Below are positions 28,331-38,048 of a stretch of 64,000 nucleotides of DNA, in pieces. This DNA is from Chloroflexota bacterium. GTDB lineage: Bacteria > Chloroflexota > Dehalococcoidia > Lucifugimonadales > SAR202-VII-2. The notes beneath the pieces were generated by a model. It had not been told where the DNA came from and searched no databases. It saw only the letters and a list, made by a program, of their open reading frames with translations. Made by a program: the position numbers and the translations under genes. Numbering within the stretch: position 1 is the stretch's first letter; each line of letters opens with the position of its first letter. The DNA is taken from contig QEVV01000001.1 in the NCBI GenBank assembly GCA_003228115.1, positions 467,834-531,833 on the forward strand, in the 5' to 3' direction.

Positions 28331-28631
28331 TGTCATTCCAGGTACAGAGAAGCACCTTGTCCGCGCCTAGGTGTCCAAGCGGGCTCCCGCCAAGCGTTAC
28401 TCTCTCAAATTCCAACAAAAACCTCGCTTCCTCGGAATGACAAGAACTGACGGTAGGGCCACCGCTTGTCGTTCTGAGTGCAGCGAAGAACCTTGTCCGT
28501 TCAGATCAACGTTGCGTGGTATCGGACGGCCACCTGCGAGCGCCGCCATCAATAACGAACGAAAACCTCGGTCGCTGCGCTCTCTCGGAATGACAAGTGC
28601 TAGATGTCGTCCTAAGTGCAGGGAAGAACCC
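28331..28631. repeat. Cluster of alternating TGTC-type REP-like units (BIME-like)
   Basis: Forward units at 28331, 28467, 28605 (tgtc[ag]t[tc]c...gaag[ac]acc); reverse units ending ctcggaatgaca near 28442 and 28595. Confidence 0.65.
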
Positions 28632-28663
28632 TTTTCATGGGCGTAGCCACCCTCGGGAGCCAT

Positions 28664-28702
28664 AAACGAAGAACGCCGCCTCTGGGGCGGCGTTCTTCGT
28701 TT
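28664..28702. terminator. Intrinsic terminator
   Basis: aaacgaagaacgccgcc-tctgg-ggcggcgttcttcgttt. Confidence 0.8.
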
Positions 28703-28721
28703 CAAATGCTAACGCTGGCCC

Positions 28722-30920
28722 CTACTGAGGCGTAGCAGCCAATTCCCGTTTGGGTTCTCCAAGAAGCAGGGCTTCAGCCTGGAGCCGCTCCAGCACATCG
28801 AAGACCACTCCACAGGACGGGCACAAATACTCCACGAGGTGGAAGTTGGGACTATCGCCTGCCCACCGTTCCGCGAGCCAAGGACCCGCCTTCCTCAACG
28901 GACTGTACCTTACTGCTGCGTGATCCCGCGCTTCCTCGGACGCTGAACAATAGACGTGGTGGCATTCGGTGCAACGCACCATCCCGTTCTCGTCGTCTCC
29001 TATCTGCTCCACGTATTCGATGACAAAACGGATGGGCTGATCCCCAGTGCCATTGCCCGAAGCCACAACAGCGTCGCCGTCGCGAACGTTGGCCTCTGAC
29101 TTTCTCTTCTCTACAAGGCGCAGGCGTTCTTGCCGCGTGCCTTCAACATCGACAGTGAGGTCCGCGGCCAAAACTATGCCGTAGGCCAGCCTGGCCATTT
29201 CGATAGTGACTGCTCCCTTGAGGACGTCTACGCGTACCCGCTCTGGATCCCGATGGAAGGGATCTCCAACACCACCACCGCCCGGGGCGTGGTAAATGTA
29301 GAGGTCGCTACTTTCCAGGAAGCCATCAGACTTCGACGACAGGTGCTTCAGATCACCCCCGAAGCCCTCGTAATATTCAGGTATGTCCCAGGTGCTCAGG
29401 ATTCGCTCCGTGTCAGCGTTCCTTACAACTGACGCTTGCGAGCCAGCGCCAGGATAGCCGCCGCCTATGCCAAGGGCGTTGGATTGGTCAGCCCCTGACG
29501 TGTTCTGCGACTTCCACATAAGCCGGTCCGTGCGATGCGGCATGACTGCAGTTACAGCAGTCATGCCCCCGCGGAACTTGCCGGGGCCGCCGGAGTCGGG
29601 TAGCTGCTTACGGTAGAGATAGAGCACCGGCAGTTTCCACTCTTGGTTCTCCACATCCGCCATCAGGCTGACGGGACAGAGGGCAAAACCGCCGTGGTCG
29701 AAACCGTCCCCGAACGTACGAGCACCGGCGCCGCCACCTCGATGGTCGGATAGCACGTTGCCCACATACTTGCCGCGCCGGCCAATACCGAAGATGTTGA
29801 CCGCGTTGATGGAGTTGGCCCAGGACGGGCACACCAAGTCGCGGTACTTCTCCGAGCCGGACATCATCTGAGACATCACATGCATGGAGGCTGCATTGGC
29901 CAACGACGAGCACACAATGACGCCAACGCTTACTGCGGCCGGAGGCCGGCAGTTCAATACCGACCCTTCAGGAACGTATACCGTGGCGACGCGTTTCACG
30001 CTGCTGTTCCAGTCGATCTCGCCACGGCAGAGAAGCGCCTGAATTGGCGCAGTAGTACCAGCGTTAGTAACGTTCTCAGTTGTATTGATAGAAGCCGCCA
30101 CCTGTGGGTCGGTGCCCGTGTAATCGAAGTAGAGGTGGTCCCCTTTCTTCTCCAGCCTTAGGCAGATACGAACAATGCGATCCGAACCCACCCGGTCGCC
30201 ATCTATGTATACCTGGGTCTTCCATTCACCGTCCGGCAACTCGGAGATACGCTCACGGAGTTTCCGCTCGGCCCAAGCAATACTCTGCTCGGCGACTGCG
30301 GTGACTGTTTCCACGCCGTGCTCTTCCAACACTTCGTGGAGACGCTTTCTGGCTACGTGAACAGCGCCCACCTGGGCCCGCACATCCAACGCCACCATAT
30401 CTGGCAGGCGGGAATTAGTGACGACAGTACGCTCCACCTCATTGGAGAACTTGCCCCGGTCCACGATCTTCAGGAAATAGCGCGGCGCTTCCTGATAGAG
30501 GTTGTCAGCATTGATGCAGAAGGAACCCTCGTCCATGCCGGCGACGTCTGCGTAGTGCATCACGTTGCCGACCCACATGATGTGCTCCCCTTCGTAGAAG
30601 AAGGGACTCACCACGGCCACATCGTTCTGATGACAGGCTCCGATGAAGGGGTCGTTGGTAAGAAACACATCGCCGTCGTTGATCTCACTGGCGATGGCCA
30701 TCGTGTTCTTGATGATGGTGTCCATCGTGGTGACGTGGATAAGCATATAGGCGCCCGGGCTTATGATCTCGGCGTCCTTGGTAAATAGGCCGGTACCGAA
30801 GTCATTACCCTCAACGACAATGGGCGACACAGACATCGTGCGGATGGCGTTCGCCTGTTCATCGTTGATCTGCCAAAGGCGGTGTTTGACTACCTCGAAG
30901 GTTATGGGATCGACTATCAT
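28722..30920 (-). CDS. Hydantoinase B/oxoprolinase subunit with C-terminal acetone carboxylase gamma-like Zn domain (second system)
   Basis: NDPFIGACHQND, HYADVAG, DSGGPGKFRGG, PGGGGVGDP; C-terminal RCTECHH...YLCPSCG. Confidence 0.88.
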   Translation of the reverse strand: MIVDPITFEVVKHRLWQINDEQANAIRTMSVSPIVVEGNDFGTGLFTKDAEIISPGAYMLIHVTTMDTIIKNTMAIASEINDGDVFLTNDPFIGACHQNDVAVVSPFFYEGEHIMWVGNVMHYADVAGMDEGSFCINADNLYQEAPRYFLKIVDRGKFSNEVERTVVTNSRLPDMVALDVRAQVGAVHVARKRLHEVLEEHGVETVTAVAEQSIAWAERKLRERISELPDGEWKTQVYIDGDRVGSDRIVRICLRLEKKGDHLYFDYTGTDPQVAASINTTENVTNAGTTAPIQALLCRGEIDWNSSVKRVATVYVPEGSVLNCRPPAAVSVGVIVCSSLANAASMHVMSQMMSGSEKYRDLVCPSWANSINAVNIFGIGRRGKYVGNVLSDHRGGGAGARTFGDGFDHGGFALCPVSLMADVENQEWKLPVLYLYRKQLPDSGGPGKFRGGMTAVTAVMPHRTDRLMWKSQNTSGADQSNALGIGGGYPGAGSQASVVRNADTERILSTWDIPEYYEGFGGDLKHLSSKSDGFLESSDLYIYHAPGGGGVGDPFHRDPERVRVDVLKGAVTIEMARLAYGIVLAADLTVDVEGTRQERLRLVEKRKSEANVRDGDAVVASGNGTGDQPIRFVIEYVEQIGDDENGMVRCTECHHVYCSASEEARDHAAVRYSPLRKAGPWLAERWAGDSPNFHLVEYLCPSCGVVFDVLERLQAEALLLGEPKRELAATPQ

Positions 30921-30922
30921 TA

Positions 30923-33034
30923 CTACCCCTCTATCGCTGAAATACGCGTGTTTTGGTAGCCGTCGATGGTTGCCTTGTAGCCAGGTGGGACAAGTATGAG
31001 TGTATCACGCCGTTGAATAATGGCAGGTCCTTCCAGAGTATGCCCCGCTCGTAGATGGTCGTAGTCGTAGACAACCGCCTCCAACTGACCGTATCGCCGC
31101 AGGTATACAGGCCGGGTGCCCACCTTGGCCAAATCCACACCCTCGTTATTCTTCGCCTCCTCAACCTGGGCGATGGCGGGCTTTTCGGTAGCTTTGACTG
31201 CTTCCATCCGGAAGGTGATCACCTCAAGCGGATGAATTGAACGGCTTGCGCCTTGTCCGAATCTGGCCTCGTACCGTTCCTCAAACTCTTTTCGAATCTG
31301 TCCCATGGTGTCAAAGCTCAACGCCCCTTCATGCCAGGGGATAGTGAACTCGTTGAACTGCCCCTCGTACCGCACCTCCAGCCTGCGAACCAAGAAGATC
31401 TCGTCCGCGCCAATGCCGGAAGCCGCAACGTCGCTGAGCACGCGGGCTTCCAAGTCATTGAAAGCGCCATTGAAAGCGTCGATGAACTCCTGGGTCTCCT
31501 CCACATACAGCGGGTCCGAGTGCTCATAGATGAACTTCACGTCCGACAGGACGCACCCGAGTGCAGAAAAGACAGCACTGGAGTGGGGCACAATCATTTC
31601 CTTGATCCCAAGAGCAGCGCCATACTGCACAACGTGCGCAGGGCTGGCCCCTCCATAGGCGAACAGAGCGAACTCACGAGGGTCATAGCCGCTCTCAACC
31701 GTCACCTTCCGGATCAGATCTGCCATCTTGGCCGTAACGATGTCGTAGATGCCCGCAGCAGCTTCGAGCACGGTCATGTTCAGTGGTCCTGCAACCCGCT
31801 CTTGGATTGCGGCCTCAGCGGCGGCCTTGTCCAGCTTCATGCGGCCGCCGAAAAAGTTGTCAGGGTCAAGAATGCCGAGCACTACTAGGGCGTCGGTAAC
31901 GGTCGGCGCTGTGCCACCCTGGCCATAGCACACCGGACCGGGGGACGCCCCGGCGCTTTGCGGGCCAACCATAAGACGCTGGCCTTCCGTCCAAGCTATG
32001 CTACCCCCGCCAGCCCCGATCCCAACTTCCTTGACTCGGGGGGCACGAACAGGAAGGCCGTGGTCAACGAAGGGCATCTTTTCTTCAGCGGGTTCACCCC
32101 TGTAGATGACGCCGACATCGAAGCTGGTGCCTCCCATGTCTGTAGCCAGGACATTGTCATAGCCAAGAATCTTTCCGAAGTACTGAGCGGCAACGAGCCC
32201 AGCCACCGGTCCGGAGTCGATGATAGAAACGGCCTCACGGCCTATACGGGAAGGAAGACAAGCGCCGCCAGAATTTTTCATCACCTGGAGGGGCCACTTG
32301 AACCCCTGCGCCCCAAGCCGCTCTTGCAAATCGTTGATGTAGGAAGCCAACCGTGGGGCCACGTAGGCGTTCACGATAGCAGTGTTCGCCCGCTCGAATT
32401 CACCTATGACGGGCGCCACCTCCGATGAAAGGCTGACATGGGTACCGTTCCCAATGGACCCAATCGTTTCCTTAATAACGTCTTCGTGGTTGCGGTTTCG
32501 GAAGGACCACATCAGACACACAGCAATGCTGTCGACGCCTTCAGCGAGCAGCTCCTTCACCGCCTGTTCAACATCGGCTCGGTTGATCGGAGCGATGACA
32601 TCCCCTTCGAGGTCAACGCGTTCCCGAATGCCCCGGATTAGGGCTTTGGGCACCAAGGGCTCAGCTCGTTCGGTGTAGATGTAGTCCAAGGTCTGCTCAA
32701 TCGGGACCCCCAGGGTTCGTCCCATCGGGCCTCGAGCGATGATGGTGGTGTCCTCAAAGCCTACAGTTGTAATCAGGCCAACCTTGGCTCCCCTGCGGTT
32801 GATGAGGGCGTTTGTCGCCACCGTGGTGCCGTGGGCGAAACGGGCGGCATCGGCCAGGACGGTCTCAACCTCTGTGTTGAGCAATGCCGCCGCATTTGTT
32901 AGAGCATTCATCACTCCGAGCGCAGGGTTGTCAGGAGTTGACAACGCCTTGTCGAAGATGATTGTGCCCTTGTCGTCCAGAATCACGACATCGGTGAAGG
33001 TGCCACCGGTGTCCACGCCAATGTAATAGGTCAT
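30923..33034 (-). CDS. Hydantoinase/oxoprolinase A subunit (second system)
   Basis: GVDTGGTFTD, HGTTVATN, DSGPVAG, TDMGGTSFDV. Confidence 0.92.
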   Translation of the reverse strand: MTYYIGVDTGGTFTDVVILDDKGTIIFDKALSTPDNPALGVMNALTNAAALLNTEVETVLADAARFAHGTTVATNALINRRGAKVGLITTVGFEDTTIIARGPMGRTLGVPIEQTLDYIYTERAEPLVPKALIRGIRERVDLEGDVIAPINRADVEQAVKELLAEGVDSIAVCLMWSFRNRNHEDVIKETIGSIGNGTHVSLSSEVAPVIGEFERANTAIVNAYVAPRLASYINDLQERLGAQGFKWPLQVMKNSGGACLPSRIGREAVSIIDSGPVAGLVAAQYFGKILGYDNVLATDMGGTSFDVGVIYRGEPAEEKMPFVDHGLPVRAPRVKEVGIGAGGGSIAWTEGQRLMVGPQSAGASPGPVCYGQGGTAPTVTDALVVLGILDPDNFFGGRMKLDKAAAEAAIQERVAGPLNMTVLEAAAGIYDIVTAKMADLIRKVTVESGYDPREFALFAYGGASPAHVVQYGAALGIKEMIVPHSSAVFSALGCVLSDVKFIYEHSDPLYVEETQEFIDAFNGAFNDLEARVLSDVAASGIGADEIFLVRRLEVRYEGQFNEFTIPWHEGALSFDTMGQIRKEFEERYEARFGQGASRSIHPLEVITFRMEAVKATEKPAIAQVEEAKNNEGVDLAKVGTRPVYLRRYGQLEAVVYDYDHLRAGHTLEGPAIIQRRDTLILVPPGYKATIDGYQNTRISAIEG

Positions 33035-33139
33035 AGGACGCCGAACCCCCCTTGGGTGTGGTTTGCCTCAGACACATGGGTGCGCCGGAGGACAACATTT
33101 CCTCGTGTCTCGTAGCCCCTCGATTGGGTAACGGACTGT

Positions 33140-34132
33140 CTAGTAGGGTTCGATAGGGGGGAGCTGGTCGAGAAGTCCGATGTAGTCGGGAATGGCCATC
33201 TCCAGAGGATAGGCCGGCTCGTAGCCTAACTCGTCTCGCGCTCTGCTGATGTCTAGTCGACTGTAGCCCACCATGCCCAACTGCATCGGGTCCAGACCGG
33301 GTCCGATCTCGACATCAGCGGTGGGAATCAATTCGTTGATCGTGTCCACAACCTGTCGGTAGGACATTAGCTCACCCGAGCTAATGTGGAACGTCTTATG
33401 TTCGGGGGTCGCAGCATGGCTGGCAATGATGCAGCTCCTGGCCACATCCTTGAGGTACACCATCTCGTCCTTCTGCTCACCGCCCTGAGCCACGCGAACC
33501 GGGCGTCCGTAGTAGGCCTCTTCAATCCATTTGCCCACCAACTGGCGATTGCCGTGGCGGATCCTGCCAGGCCCAAAGATTGTGGCAAACCGGAGCATGA
33601 CGATGTCCAAGTCCCACATATCCATGCACTTATGGAGGTAGTGCTCGCAGAAGACTTTGGTGTCGTTGTAGAGGGTGTGGGTGTTGCGAGGCGGGATCAC
33701 TGGAGCGTCTTCGTTGAGGGGCTCGTAGGTCGGGTGAGCGTGTTCGCCGGTTGGGTCCGCCAATATTCCCTTCGTGCTGGTGAAAACCAAGCGGGGAACG
33801 TCGAAAGCCCTAACCACCTGGACAATGTTGTCCGTGCCAATGATGTTTACCTTCAACGCCTGAGAAGGGTTGCCCCGCGCTAGGTCCGGCAAAATGGCAG
33901 CGGTGTGAATAATTCGATCAACCTTGGTCCGCTTCACGACGTCCATCAGCAGCGACAGATCCAGTAGGTCGCCGCGAATGAACTCGAACTCACCCTTGAT
34001 GTCAGGCAAAAAGGTGAAATCGCCAGAGACGTCCAAGCCTATGGGGTCCTCGCCCTGCTCGAGCAGAAGGCGGACAACCATCCCCCCCATAGAACCGTTT
34101 GCTCCAGTTACCAGTGCTCGTGAACCTGCCAC
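33140..34132 (-). CDS. NAD-dependent epimerase/dehydratase (extended SDR)
   Basis: VTGANGSMG, IIHTAA, YNDTK. Confidence 0.88.
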   Translation of the reverse strand: MAGSRALVTGANGSMGGMVVRLLLEQGEDPIGLDVSGDFTFLPDIKGEFEFIRGDLLDLSLLMDVVKRTKVDRIIHTAAILPDLARGNPSQALKVNIIGTDNIVQVVRAFDVPRLVFTSTKGILADPTGEHAHPTYEPLNEDAPVIPPRNTHTLYNDTKVFCEHYLHKCMDMWDLDIVMLRFATIFGPGRIRHGNRQLVGKWIEEAYYGRPVRVAQGGEQKDEMVYLKDVARSCIIASHAATPEHKTFHISSGELMSYRQVVDTINELIPTADVEIGPGLDPMQLGMVGYSRLDISRARDELGYEPAYPLEMAIPDYIGLLDQLPPIEPY

Positions 34133-34184
34133 ATTGCCTCCCCTTGGTGCCGTCTTCTGCCCACAGCCGCGTTATTATACACAC

Positions 34185-34228
34185 AAAACATCGCCGCGAC
34201 CCCAGCGTTTGGGATCACGGCGATGTTT
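34185..34228 (-). terminator. Probable terminator after the ABC substrate-binding gene, followed on the minus strand by TATAAT
   Basis: aaacatcgccg...cggcgatgttt inverted repeat. Confidence 0.6.
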
Positions 34229-34250
34229 ATTCATTCAGTGCCGGAAGAGA

Positions 34251-35492
34251 CTAGCCGCGTACTGGCTTCGGGCACGGGAGCCTAGCGCCGTCGAACTGTT
34301 CGACGTGCGTGGTAGCTGGCTTGCCGTCCACGAGCTTCACTTCCTTCAGATACACCGGCATCACCGCATCGTTGCAGGCATCAATGGTGTAGGTGCCAGT
34401 GGGCATTTCGAAGGGCGTCTTCATCGCGGCGATGAAGGCTGCAGAGTCCTCGACGTTACCATCGATGCTCTCGATGGCGCTGACCAAACGGTTGACGACG
34501 GTGAGTCCGCGCCAGCCGTAGCCAGGCCATACGTCAAACTTTTCCTTGTATTCAGCCGCATATTGTTGGAAGGCGGGCGAAGGGTGGTTGATGGGAGGCA
34601 GGTCGAACCAGTTCAGCGTACCAGCGTAGGCGTCGCCAAGGTCGGCCAAGCCGAAGTCGTCCAACACGAAGGCATGACCAAAGGCCATCCGGAGGTTGTC
34701 CGTGAGGCCGAACTCGTGCAACTGGTTAACCATCCGGATCCCCGGGCCGCCGAACATAGCGCCCGTGAGAAGCTGAGCGTCATCCGTGTCCATCTGGCTG
34801 ATGTAGGGCCCAAAGTCAGTGACTGACAGAGGCACAAACATCTCCTGGATGACTTCAATGTTGCCGCCCTGCAAGATGGTCTTCGTTGCATCCACAATGT
34901 CGTGGCCAGCGGCATAGTCCAGACCAATAATGATGGCCTTCTTCACCCCAAACTTCTCCGCAATTACCTCACCAATCCTGGGCATTGCAAAGTGATGGCT
35001 TGTAGCAGAGGTCCTGATGGCGTTCGCCGGTGGGTAGAAGCTCACCGCACCAGCCTCAGGGGCCATCCAGGGAATGGCCGTTGTACCAATGTAATCCTCG
35101 ATCCCGACGGCCACGCCGCTATGCACCGGCCCAATGATAATGTCAACCTTGTCCAACTCAATAAGCCGCTTGGCCTTGCTCAGGGCCACGTCCAGCTTAC
35201 CCTCTGAGTCGACCCAGATGGTCTCTATCGGCCTGCCTGCGATGGTCCGGCCGATCTTGTCCAACTCCCATTCCATAGCGGCCTTGTAGACCCCCATGGT
35301 GCCAGCGAAAGGCCCGGTAAGCACACCTATGACGCCAACCTTAATCGGCTCCTTGGGTTCCTCTTGGACTTGTGTTGCCGTGGGCGCAGCACCGCCCCCG
35401 TCGTCATCGCTTCCGCAGGCAGCCAATACAAGCATGCCGGCCACCAGCACCAGAAGCAAAAAGGGAAGCTTTCGAAAGAATCCAGTCATCAT
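34251..35492 (-). CDS. Liv-type ABC transporter substrate-binding lipoprotein
   Basis: Lipobox LVLAAC; IKVGVIGVLTGP, IIGPVHSG, DYAAGHD. Confidence 0.88.
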   Translation of the reverse strand: MMTGFFRKLPFLLLVLVAGMLVLAACGSDDDGGGAAPTATQVQEEPKEPIKVGVIGVLTGPFAGTMGVYKAAMEWELDKIGRTIAGRPIETIWVDSEGKLDVALSKAKRLIELDKVDIIIGPVHSGVAVGIEDYIGTTAIPWMAPEAGAVSFYPPANAIRTSATSHHFAMPRIGEVIAEKFGVKKAIIIGLDYAAGHDIVDATKTILQGGNIEVIQEMFVPLSVTDFGPYISQMDTDDAQLLTGAMFGGPGIRMVNQLHEFGLTDNLRMAFGHAFVLDDFGLADLGDAYAGTLNWFDLPPINHPSPAFQQYAAEYKEKFDVWPGYGWRGLTVVNRLVSAIESIDGNVEDSAAFIAAMKTPFEMPTGTYTIDACNDAVMPVYLKEVKLVDGKPATTHVEQFDGARLPCPKPVRG

Positions 35493-35615
35493 TTTCCCTC
35501 CAGAAACGGGGTTATCCGCGGTAGTCGTGCCACCGCCCAAACTGGCGGCATCATAGCAGGTGCCAGCTAGGCGGTCAATACAATATGAAGCGAGGCAATC
35601 CTAACTATTGACCGC

Positions 35616-36317
35616 CTAGACGCCCAGATACGTCTTCTTTATCTCTTCGTTCTGCCAAAGTTCTGCGGGAGCACTGTCATGTACGATCTGCCCCTGCGCC
35701 ATCACATAAATGTGATCGGCCACTCGAAGAGCAAAGCCGAAACGCTGCTCGGTGAGCAAAATGGTCACGCCGGTCTTTTTGAGCTCCAATAATAGACCTT
35801 CCAGTTCCTTGACAATGATCGGCGCCAAGCCCTCAGTAGGCTCGTCAAGCAAGAGCAGGGAAGGGTTCCCCGCCAGAGCCCTACCGGTGGCGAGCATCTG
35901 CTGTTCCCCTCCGCTGAGCTTGTTACCCATGTGGTGGGCTCGCTCACGGAGTCTTGGGAAGAAGTCCATGATGCGCTCTACATCCCAACTCTGACCACCG
36001 TCCTTTCCCTTTTTTAAGGCAACCTCAAGATTCTCCCTGACGTTCAGTGAAGAGAATATCCGCCGGCCCTGGGGTACCAGAGCAATTCCCTGCTTGGCAA
36101 TCTCATGAACGGGCCTCTTGGTGATCTCCACACCGTTGTAGTAGATACTTCCTTGCCGGGGAGGCACGAACCCATTTACAGAATGGAGCAGAGTTGTCTT
36201 CCCTACGCCATTCCGCCCAAGGATAGCGGCCACGGTGCCTTCAGGCACCTGCAAGGACAGGCCTTGGAGAATGTGGCTCTCGCCGTAATACGTATTTATG
36301 TCTTGAATATCAAGCAT
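35616..36317 (-). CDS. livF: Liv-type ABC ATP-binding protein (LivF-like)
   Basis: GRNGVGKTT, PQGRRIF, LSGGEQQM, LDEPTEGLAP. Confidence 0.9.
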   Translation of the reverse strand: MLDIQDINTYYGESHILQGLSLQVPEGTVAAILGRNGVGKTTLLHSVNGFVPPRQGSIYYNGVEITKRPVHEIAKQGIALVPQGRRIFSSLNVRENLEVALKKGKDGGQSWDVERIMDFFPRLRERAHHMGNKLSGGEQQMLATGRALAGNPSLLLLDEPTEGLAPIIVKELEGLLLELKKTGVTILLTEQRFGFALRVADHIYVMAQGQIVHDSAPAELWQNEEIKKTYLGV

Positions 36318-37062
36318 CTTCCACTTCATCCCCGAGGTACACCCGCATGACCCTGGGGTCCGCTCTCACTTCAAGGGGTGGTCCTTCGACAAGAAGCTCA
36401 CCCAGGTGAAGAACACTTATGGAGTCTGCCACTGCAAAGGCAACATCAATGTCATGGGAGACCAGCAGCATGGCGACCTCCCCCTTGAGACGGTAAAAGA
36501 CCTCCGTCATCGTCGTTCGCTCCGCCTCGGACAGGCCAGCGGTCGGCTCGTCCAAGAGAAGAACCGAGGGACGTCCAGCCAGGGCCAGAATTAGCTCCAA
36601 CTGCCGCTGTTCACCGTGGGAGAGCTGCCTTACCGGCACCGAACGCTTCTCCCAAAACCCACCCTCCTCAAGCATTTCTTGTGCCCTGTTCATGACGCTG
36701 GTGAAGGAAGTTGCGGGGCGGTAGATTGCGTACCTACGTCCCTCCCACGGCTGAAGGGCCAACATGACGTTCTGTTCAATCGTTAGGGAAGGGAAGAGAC
36801 TGGTGATTTGAAAGGTGCGGCCAAGACCCTTCAGAGTGCGGCTGAAGGGACGCATCTTCGTCACATCCTGCCCCATCAATGAAATCGCGCCGGAAGTGAC
36901 GGGTAAAGTACCGCTTAGGAGATGGAGAAGCGTGGTCTTGCCCGCCCCGTTCGGGCCAATGATAGCTCGGCATTCTCCAGGTTCCACCTCGATAGTAACC
37001 CCGCTCACAGCATGAAGGCCTCCGAAGACCTTGCTGACGCTTTGGGCCGAAAGCGCTTTCAT
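36310..37062 (-). CDS. livG: Liv-type ABC ATP-binding protein (LivG-like)
   Basis: GPNGAGKTT, RTFQ, LSHGEQR, LDEPTAG. Confidence 0.9.
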   Translation of the reverse strand: MKALSAQSVSKVFGGLHAVSGVTIEVEPGECRAIIGPNGAGKTTLLHLLSGTLPVTSGAISLMGQDVTKMRPFSRTLKGLGRTFQITSLFPSLTIEQNVMLALQPWEGRRYAIYRPATSFTSVMNRAQEMLEEGGFWEKRSVPVRQLSHGEQRQLELILALAGRPSVLLLDEPTAGLSEAERTTMTEVFYRLKGEVAMLLVSHDIDVAFAVADSISVLHLGELLVEGPPLEVRADPRVMRVYLGDEVEDA

Positions 37063-38048
37063 CTCTTGCTCCAACGCCTCAAGAGTCGCCGAACGAGGCC
37101 CACCATTCCATCACGGGCAAAGAGCATGAAGACGATATACCCACCGCCCAGAAACATGATCCAACGTTCGGGAAAGTGAATATTAAGTATCTCAGACGCC
37201 CCGATAATGGCGCCTGCTCCCACCAGAGGCCCGATGATGGTTCCGGGGCCTCCCAGAATCACCATCAAAAGAACTTCGGCAGAAGGCAGTATATTGGTCC
37301 ATTCCGGGGAAATTGCGCCCACTGAATAGGCGTTGAGCACTCCCGCTACTCCGCCAAACACACCAGCCATGATGAAGGCGATGTACATGTAGAGCCAGGT
37401 ATTATATCCAAGGGAGCGCATCCGTTGCTCATTCTCTCGAATCCCCTGCAAGGCAAGGCCAAACGGAGAACGGACGATAAGGACAAAAGCGACAACGGCG
37501 GCGACCAAGAAGAAGAGCGTGAAGTAGTAGTAGTTGACCTCGCTGGTTAGTGACCACGGCAGAAAACCAGGACGCGTCACACCAGGGAAACCGTCTTCGC
37601 CACCGGTAAGGGAGCGCCAAGTAAACGCTATAGCCCATGTTGACAGGGTTAGAGCCATGGTGATGAGGAGAAAGTACGCACCTCTCGCCCTAAGGGCCAC
37701 TAACCCGTAGACCGCCGCCATAAGCCCGGCAATAACGACTGCTCCGACCATGCCTATGGGGTGAGGGACGTTGTAGGTCACCGTCATCACCCCTACGCCA
37801 AAGGCGCCTGTTCCAAAATAGGCGCCTTGCCCCAGAGACGGCAGGCCCGTATATCCCATAAGAAGGTTCAGGCCTATGGCAAAGATGGCGAAGATAATTA
37901 CGCGTGTCAGCACCCCAACGTAGTAACCAGGGATGAAGTGCGGAAGGATGACGAACAGGACGAGCACCCCCAACATGGCGTACGTCCCTGTTGCCAGGCT
38001 GCCAATGCCCATCCTGTTCTTGGCAGCTACACGGGTACTGGTACTCAA
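37059..38048 (-). CDS. livM: Liv-type ABC permease (LivM-like)
   Basis: GYTGLPSLG, LTGGEDG, IRENE, MVILGG. Confidence 0.9.
   Translation of the reverse strand: MSTSTRVAAKNRMGIGSLATGTYAMLGVLVLFVILPHFIPGYYVGVLTRVIIFAIFAIGLNLLMGYTGLPSLGQGAYFGTGAFGVGVMTVTYNVPHPIGMVGAVVIAGLMAAVYGLVALRARGAYFLLITMALTLSTWAIAFTWRSLTGGEDGFPGVTRPGFLPWSLTSEVNYYYFTLFFLVAAVVAFVLIVRSPFGLALQGIRENEQRMRSLGYNTWLYMYIAFIMAGVFGGVAGVLNAYSVGAISPEWTNILPSAEVLLMVILGGPGTIIGPLVGAGAIIGASEILNIHFPERWIMFLGGGYIVFMLFARDGMVGLVRRLLRRWSKR

Noticed and set aside
28383-28392. GCTCCCGCCA matches the tRNA-Sec 3' end (possible att site)
   Set aside because: Only 10 bp, inverted relative to the tRNA, upstream of it, and no integrase in the window
28331-28631. 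Possible CRISPR array
   Set aside because: Units are degenerate, alternate in orientation, are about 137 bp apart, and no cas genes are present
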